Source: Macrostomum lignano | Taxonomy: Eukaryota | Direction: 5' to 3' | DNA: 64,000 bases | Assembly (NCBI GenBank): GCA_002269645.1 | Contig: NIVC01000845.1 | Coordinates: forward strand, 310,001-374,000 | Shown: in pieces, positions 57,126-64,000 of the stretch | Layout: every line of letters begins with the position of its first letter | How positions within the stretch are numbered: position 1 is the stretch's first letter | The notes under the pieces: model-generated | Told to the model about the DNA's origin: nothing | What the model saw: the letters and a program-made list of their open reading frames with translations, nothing else | Database searches by the model: none | Made by a program: the position numbers and the translations under genes

Positions 57126-60100
57126 GGATGAGATTGACGGGAGATAGGAGAGAGCGGAGAAGCCGTTAGAGGGCGGAAGCAAGTGTTATACTAGAAAAGG
57201 GGCGGACAGAGGGGGGCGGAAAGGAAGCAGCTTAGCTGAGGTGCAGAACAAATGAAGGTAAAGGAAGATCAGGGTAAAATATGGATGGCTAAACAGGGAA
57301 GAGGAAGGACGTAAGAGATTTGGGGGAAAGCAGCGGGAAATTACTGCAAATATAGGTGCGTGAGAGCTGATGCAGGGGGGGGGGGTACCCTCTGGGCCGG
57401 TCTCCAGAAGATTAGCATGAGATTTCAGGTCAGTATCTCCCTGAGCCATGCGGCAGCAGCCGGGCTGGATTCGCCGGTCAATAAGGCGGAATCAAAAAAG
57501 AGATGGGGAGTCTATATTATAGGTAGAAAATGAAAACGTCCGCGACCTCGAGGGAATTATGAGTCGGGCGCGAGGCAGAGAAGGCTGGTGGGGGTGGAGG
57601 GGAGGGACGGGAACTCTCCAGAAAAATGAGACACTCCCGGCTATTTGAAGAGTTGCTGGCAAAAGTCGGGAGGGCTGAAGAAATTTTCAGCTCGGCTAGA
57701 AATGCAAGGAGCGGCACGAGGAAGCGGGTGTGTGATTTCTGGCCTGGGCGCGCGAATTTCCTGCCATTTCTTTCGGCTCAGCTCAGGCACAGGGCACTCT
57801 CTCTCTCTCTCTCCTGGCAAAGTGCTCCCCGATGCGAGAGATTCACAGAACGAACTGCTGGGGGAAGATTCTTGGCAGCTCGGGGGGTGCGGTGGGGACC
57901 TCCTTGCTGCCGATCGCCTTTCCTCACGTCTCTGCCCTCAGTCCCGATCTCTGAATTCCGCTCCTGAACTGCTGGTTCAAGCTGTGCAGAGGAGGGGGTG
58001 GGCGCCGCCGCTGCTGCTGCATAAAAATGATGCATTAATGAGCTGCGGGAGAAGCAAGTGAGGGCCGAATTCCCGCATTTGCATCCAGCTCTCAGTTCCC
58101 CTTCTCTCTTCCCCCAGCCACCCCTCCCCATCGCCTGTCCCTCCACTCGCAGGCCGAGTACCAGCGGCACCTGTGCGGCTTTGAAGACGGAAATAAAAAA
58201 TCTTCTTGCAATTTTGCACTTTTTTATCCTCTTTATAATTGAGATTGAGAGAAGCTTTTCACAGGCAGCTCGTACATAATCAACTGGGATAATAACTGGC
58301 TTTCGGATGCTTTGGTTAAAAAAATATATTGTCAATTTATCTTGGCTATGACAGCCATCTCTCCATCTCTCTCTCTCGCTGCCCCCAGTAAATATAGAGA
58401 TATCCAAAGCTTGGATAAAAAAAGCAAAAAATATGTATAAGGCCGTATTTATGAGCATCTGGACTCGCGGGGCAAGATTCAGGGGAGGGGGGTGTCTCAC
58501 GCACACTCGCCAGCTTTATAGTTTTTGCCTTCAATCCATCACGGACTTCCATATTGGCTTAGTCAGTTTAACAGCATGGACAGATGCGGCCTGGACCGTG
58601 GGAGGCTGTGGCAGCGGCGGCGGGAGGGATAGGAAAGAGAGAGATGAGGCCCAGAGTCTGGTGGCTTACCCTGCTGTCCCCTCCCTCAAGAGTTGCCATT
58701 GACTTTTTTTACTCAAGCACCGAGCCGCGAGTGGTGCGGCAAAGCGAAACAGCGGTGGGACGCAGGCAGGGAGAGAGAATGAAAAAAAGTAGTAAAAAAT
58801 ACGGAGACAGAAAACAGCATTTCTCCTCTTCGACTTCAGGAGCCGATGCAATTTCTGGTTTATCGATCACCGCCAGAAGCGGCAGAACTCAATAGGCGCT
58901 CAACTTTGCTGAGGCGCGGAGGCTGACCATGTGGCTGCTCTTTTATTACATCTGATGCACCCCCCCCCTCCGGCCCAGAGCCATTCTTTTTCACTCTATA
59001 ACGCCACACACGCGGTTGAGTAGAATATGAGAGCGAGCCCGTTAGGGAGAGACGGTTGGAAAGGAAATCACTTTTGCATTTTTGTCGGGGCGGATGGTTG
59101 GGGGGGGGAGGTCTCCGGGATCTGAGCAACGGCGGCAGGGATATCAAATTGCTTCTATTTCCCTCTGCCAGCAGATTCACGCGGCTGCAGAAGAAGGCAG
59201 CAAGCCCGGGGAGCCTCGATTACTAGCCGAATGGAAGGAGTGGGGTGGGCCTCGCAGCAGATCACCTTAGAGGCATTTTCCACTTCACTAAACCGAGCTT
59301 CCCCTACCCGAGCTGGTTGCGTGCCAGTGTGTCGGGGATAAAAGTCGCGTTGGAGATAGTCTCTAACTACCGGCTACAACTCCTCAGCCTCAAATCTCGG
59401 GCCGGAGCTCATGGAGTTCCCCCATAAAAAATCTTATGTTTCAGCGCTGGTTGTGGGAGAATTGTCTCAGCGCTGTCTGAGGCCATGCAACTGTCAGCAT
59501 GGAGTATAGAGTATAGCGAAATCAATCAGAACACACAAAACTAGTTTAGAACAGGAATTTACGAGACACGATATTTTACCTGATGACTCAAGACTTTATA
59601 AATCAGCTTGATCGCTGTGTTTGCACCATAGATTTCAACTTTCCGATAAGTTGAGTCGAAAATAATAAATTAATTTACTAAATTTTTGTGCTTAGTTTTC
59701 AATTTTACGTTCTAGAACTTTGAAAGTTAAGAGTTTTATTAACAGTCAACCTAACAGAGGGTGAATTGGCGTTAACGATGCACAACCTTATCGGTGTTAC
59801 TGTTTCCCGGCCACCTGGACTTCGAACTGGACTGTCATCGAGGAGCTGGCGGCTGTTGGGTTGCGGTTTGGCAGCTCATTGTCCCCACTGTTTTTATTTG
59901 AAATTTCAGACCATCGGATGACGGATCACCTAGAACCATAATTCAGCGACAGAATGCGCTGGCGAGAGAGGCGCCATACAGAGACAGATCTGTGGGATCA
60001 GGGAGCCGTATCTCTGCAACAATACCGAAACTGATGTCCGCCCTTTCGTTCTGTCACGTTACAAAGAAAGATCGAATCCGTATAATATTCAAATTTTCCA

Positions 60101-60274
60101 TTTGATAATGCGGGTTGGGCGATCAACTCATAAATGCTTGACAGATCTATTTTGCGTGAGTGAGTCATCCTGAGGTGCGGAGCTTTATGGATACTGGCTC
60201 AGGTAAATATTCGAGGGTGCCAGTTTTGGATTTGAGAGACGCTATTTTTAGGTTCAAGAGATGCCATTTTTTAA

Positions 60275-61140
60275 TTCGAGGGATGCCATCTTTGAATTTG
60301 AGGGGTGCCATTTTATGGATTTGAGGGATGCCATTTTATGGATTTGAGGGATGCCATTTTATGGATTTGAGGGATGCCATTTTATGGATTTGAGGGATGC
60401 CATTTTATGGATTTGAGGGATGCCATTTTATGGATTTGAGGGGTGCCATTTTATGGATTTGAGGGGTGCCATTTTATGGATTTGAGGGATGCCCTGTTAT
60501 GGATTTGAGGGGTGCCATTTTATGGATTTGAGGGGTGCCCTGTTATGGATTTGAGGGGTGCCATTTTATGGATTTGAGGGATGCCATTTTATGGATTTGA
60601 GGGATGCCATTTTATGGATTTGAGGGATGCCATTTTATGGATTTGAGGGATGCCATTTTATGGATTTGAGGGATGCCATTTTATGGATTTGAGGGATGCC
60701 ATTTTATGGATTTGAGGGATGCCATTTTATGGATTTGAGGGGTGCCATTTTATGGATTTGAGGGGTGCCCTGTTATGGATTTGAGGGGTGCCATTTTATG
60801 GATTTGAGGGGTGCCATTTTATGGATTTGAGGGATGCCCTGTTATGGATTTGAGGGGTGCCATTTTATGGATTTGAGGGATGCCATTTTATGGATTTGAG
60901 GGATGCCATTTTATGGATTTGAGGGATGCCATTTTATGGATTTGAGGGATGCCATTTTATGGATTTGAGGGATGCCATTTTATGGATTTGAGGGGTGCCA
61001 TTTTATGGATTTGAGGGGTGCCCTGTTATGGATTTGAGGGGTGCCATTTTATGGATTTGAGGGGTGCCATTTTATGGATTTGAGGGATGCCCTGTTATGG
61101 ATTTGAGGGGTGCCATTTTATGGATTTGAGGGATGCTATT
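60275..61140. repeat. 23-bp minisatellite (GGATTTGAGGGATGCCATTTTAT), ~37 copies
   Basis: Tandem periodicity with GGGGT and CCCTGT variants. Confidence 0.96.
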
Positions 61141-62441
61141 TTATGGAATTTATGGGCAGGTTATCTTTACTTCGAACAAGAGTGAAATTTTAGCTGCACA
61201 GGTGGTGCATACTCGTAGATACTGCATCAGTGAATCGCAATTGAAAATCTTATTTTTAATTGACACGATGGGAAGGCAGGAAGGAAGGCGGGAGCAGCTC
61301 GCAGTGTGAAGTGCATTCAATGAGAATAGAGAATTTCAATACTCTGGCTGCTTTCTCTTCGGCAAAAGCCTTCAAGTTGGGCGGGAAATTCATCTCAATG
61401 CAACCGAGCCGGAGGCAGACTGACAGACAGAGGTGCGGACAGCGGCCGAGAGTGCAGCTTAAGTGCACCCGACCGCCCCCCCATTCACTGTCGCCTCAAC
61501 TCCGTCTGGGCGATCGAGGGAGAGAATGAAAGTAAAATAGTATTGGACTGAGAATTTCTGCTTTCAGGCCAAAGCCCTCACCTACCCTCTCCTCTCCTGC
61601 ATCCGCTGCCGCTGCGGCCCGAGCTTTGAGAGAGGAGAAGAGCGTGAGGACTCTGAGCAGGCGTGAATGAGGAGGTCCCAGGCGAGACTGGCTGGGCACT
61701 TTTCCCCCCTCTCTCTCTCTCTCTCTCTCGCTTCATCCTTTTTTTTCTAGCAGAAGAGCCGCTTTCATTCCATTGACCAGTGGCGAGTTCCCTCAGCCTG
61801 AAATCCCCCGGTTCCCCAATTTCGTGTGCACGCAAAAAACTCCCCAACCCACCCCCCTCACGGCCGCAGCTTCTCCCAAGCAACCACCGCGGGGCCGCCG
61901 AGTCCACGGGGCCCGCCAGCCAGCTTCATCGATGCCACTGAGGCAGAAACGGAGGCAAGAAAGGGGAAGCGGAGACCAAAGCCAGTCGGCTCCCCTCCCC
62001 CCCCAGCCTCTCCAATCAATCAAGACCAGATTTGAAAGCGGCGAGGCCCGGCGCGCAGCCGGCTGTGCAGGCCTTCGGCCATTGATTTTTGCTTGATAAT
62101 TCTTAAGTAGCGCCGGCCAATGGTCAGGTAATTTTCGGTAGGAGAGGAAGAGAGGAGAGGAGCTCTCGTGGCTTCTTTCTGGAGCGGACTGCTCAAGGTC
62201 TGATGGAGCTGACTCCCCCTCTCCCGGTCTGTGGGCAGCTGATGGGAACAGCATGGCGTGCCAGAAATCCCCGGAATCCCCACCGTCTGCCCTGCTGCAT
62301 CCCCCCCCCAGACTGAAGCTCATGATGGAGCTCAATTATATGAATGTTGCTATGGTGCCTAGTAACAGACTTGTAACCGTGAGTCAGATTGGTAGGTAGT
62401 TTTCCTGGGTGGACATCTATGGTATTGTGGTAAAGACATTG

Positions 62442-62937
62442 TTAGACAGGCACTGAGACAGACAGTGAGACAGACAGTGAGACAGACACTGAGACAGACA
62501 GTGAGACAGACAGTGAGACAGGCACTGAGACAGACACTGAGACAGTGAGACAGACAGTGAGACAGACAGTGAGACAGACAGTGAGACAGACAGTGAGACA
62601 GACAGTGAGACAGACAGTGAGACAGGCACTGAGACAGACACTGAGACAGACAGTGAGACAGACAGTGAGACAGACAGTGAGACAGACAGTGAGACAGACA
62701 GTGAGACAGACAGTGAGACAGACAGTGAGACAGACAGTGAGACAGACAGTGAGACAGACAGACAGACAGACAGTGAGACAGACAGTGAGACAGACACTGA
62801 GACAGACAGTGAGACAGACAGTGAGACAGACAGTGAGACAGACACTGAGACAGACACTGAGACAGACAGTGAGACAGACAGTGAGACAGACACTGAGACA
62901 GACACTGAGACAGACACTGAGACAGACAATGAGACAT
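62442..62937. repeat. 12-bp repeat (GAGACAGACAGT/GAGACAGACACT)
   Basis: Tandem periodicity. Confidence 0.95.
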
Positions 62938-63749
62938 CAGACAAATCAAGATCGCCATGCAGGCAGGTGGGCAGGTCCAGGTACTCCGAGTTTCGAATAA
63001 TTTATGCCGAAAACCAGGCCGCAGATGGGGTGGTGGACAATGAGCCAGAGAGCAGTTGCCTGCATCGATTCGAAAGCTCGCCTGTCACAGAAATCTGACG
63101 AATGCCGGAGCGATTCGTCACGCTACAGACATTTTTGCATTACGTAATCGAGAAAAAGGTAGGGAGAGAGAGAGGGTAGAAATATGTAAGCAGTAGGGAA
63201 GAAGACTCAAAACTGAAACAAAGACTTGCCAAGGGCGCATCCTGGAAGAAAATTTTAATTTGCGATTGAATTGGGAAACTGTTTTATGCCAGGCAGATCC
63301 CGATGAGTCCTGGGGGGTCGGCGGAGAGGCGCTCTGTCATCATCAGGGGGGGGGGGGCTGGGGTGCGTCATCTAAGGGATCGGGGCTATTGGGGCTGGAG
63401 CACTGAGACGTAAGTCAAACAATGCCTCAAGCAATCAAGGAGAGAGAGGCGGTTGAGAGTGCGAATTGAAGAGCGCGGCTTAGCCTTTGAGAACTTGGAT
63501 TCGTGGGCGAAGTGAGCAGTGGTCACGTGATCCCATATTACCGGCGCAGTGGATGACGGCCGGTTGCGCAACCATTTTGCTCATCCGACCCGAGGGGTTG
63601 CTGGACTTTAAAGAACAAATTTTTATTTTATTTTATAAAAAAGGTGCATTGGTTATTTGAATTTACATATCTTTCTACTAGCAGTAGGCAGACGGAATCC
63701 CAAACTAAACATTTATCGGTTCTAATCGTACAGCTCTTTGCTTTGAGGT

Positions 63750-64000
63750 ACAGATACTAAAATAACTACAGATGGACCACTAAGGCATGTATACTTAGTA
63801 AAACAGCTTTCTACTTTCAGTTCAGTAGCAAAGAGGAATACGTAAGCTACGTAAAGGCAGCTGAAATTACTCTGTTAAGTTTAGAAGCCCAAGCTTGCAG
63901 GCGTAAACAACTTGCTAATTGGTTCAGCAATAATGTACATTAGCCAGTCCACTGAAATGTACATAGCAGTTTAGGCTGGATGTCCGAGAAAGGCAATAAA
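63750..64000 (+). repeat. Second, uninterrupted copy of the dispersed repeat at 28169-32310 (runs off the window end)
   Basis: Aligns to both Chapaev flanks and has a single TACT at the insertion point (GCTTTCTACTTTCAGTTCAG). Confidence 0.82.

Noticed and set aside
56124-57182. Long ORFs over the 14-bp array (also 52112-52693 and 62359-63000)
   Set aside because: Minisatellite translation artefacts.

Overview
Eukaryotic (animal) genomic DNA with spliceosomal introns. The style resembles a flatworm such as Macrostomum, but the species cannot be established from sequence alone. Content from left to right: (1) A cluster of three paralogous ionotropic glutamate receptor-like genes: copy A (minus, runs off the window start), copy B (minus) and copy C (plus, head-to-head with B). 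(2) Inserted in an exon of copy A, a 9,380-bp Polinton/Maverick-related element (2051-11430) with ~840/890-bp TIRs, a perfect 6-bp TSD (CTCCTC) and 5'-ACTACT...AGTAGT-3' termini. It carries only a protein-primed PolB gene split by six GT-AG introns (three inside polymerase motifs A, B and C), a PC4-like ssDNA-binding gene and one spliced orphan gene, with no room for integrase, capsid, ATPase or protease genes. This is the most notable system in the window. (3) A MITE-like foldback element. (4) A decayed Chapaev DNA transposon (322-bp TIRs, TACT TSD) nested in a dispersed repeat whose empty copy lies at the window end. (5) A full-length but mutated Ty3/Gypsy LTR retrotransposon with a GCTGG TSD. 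(6) A THAP-domain relic. (7) A multi-exon C2H2 zinc-finger gene with an Ikaros/Hunchback-type C-terminal finger pair. (8) A gene-poor 20-kb tract with large minisatellite arrays (41, 15, 30, 14, 23 and 12 bp units). No rRNA, tRNA or CRISPR array was seen. All alignments and translations were done by eye; no database search was run.
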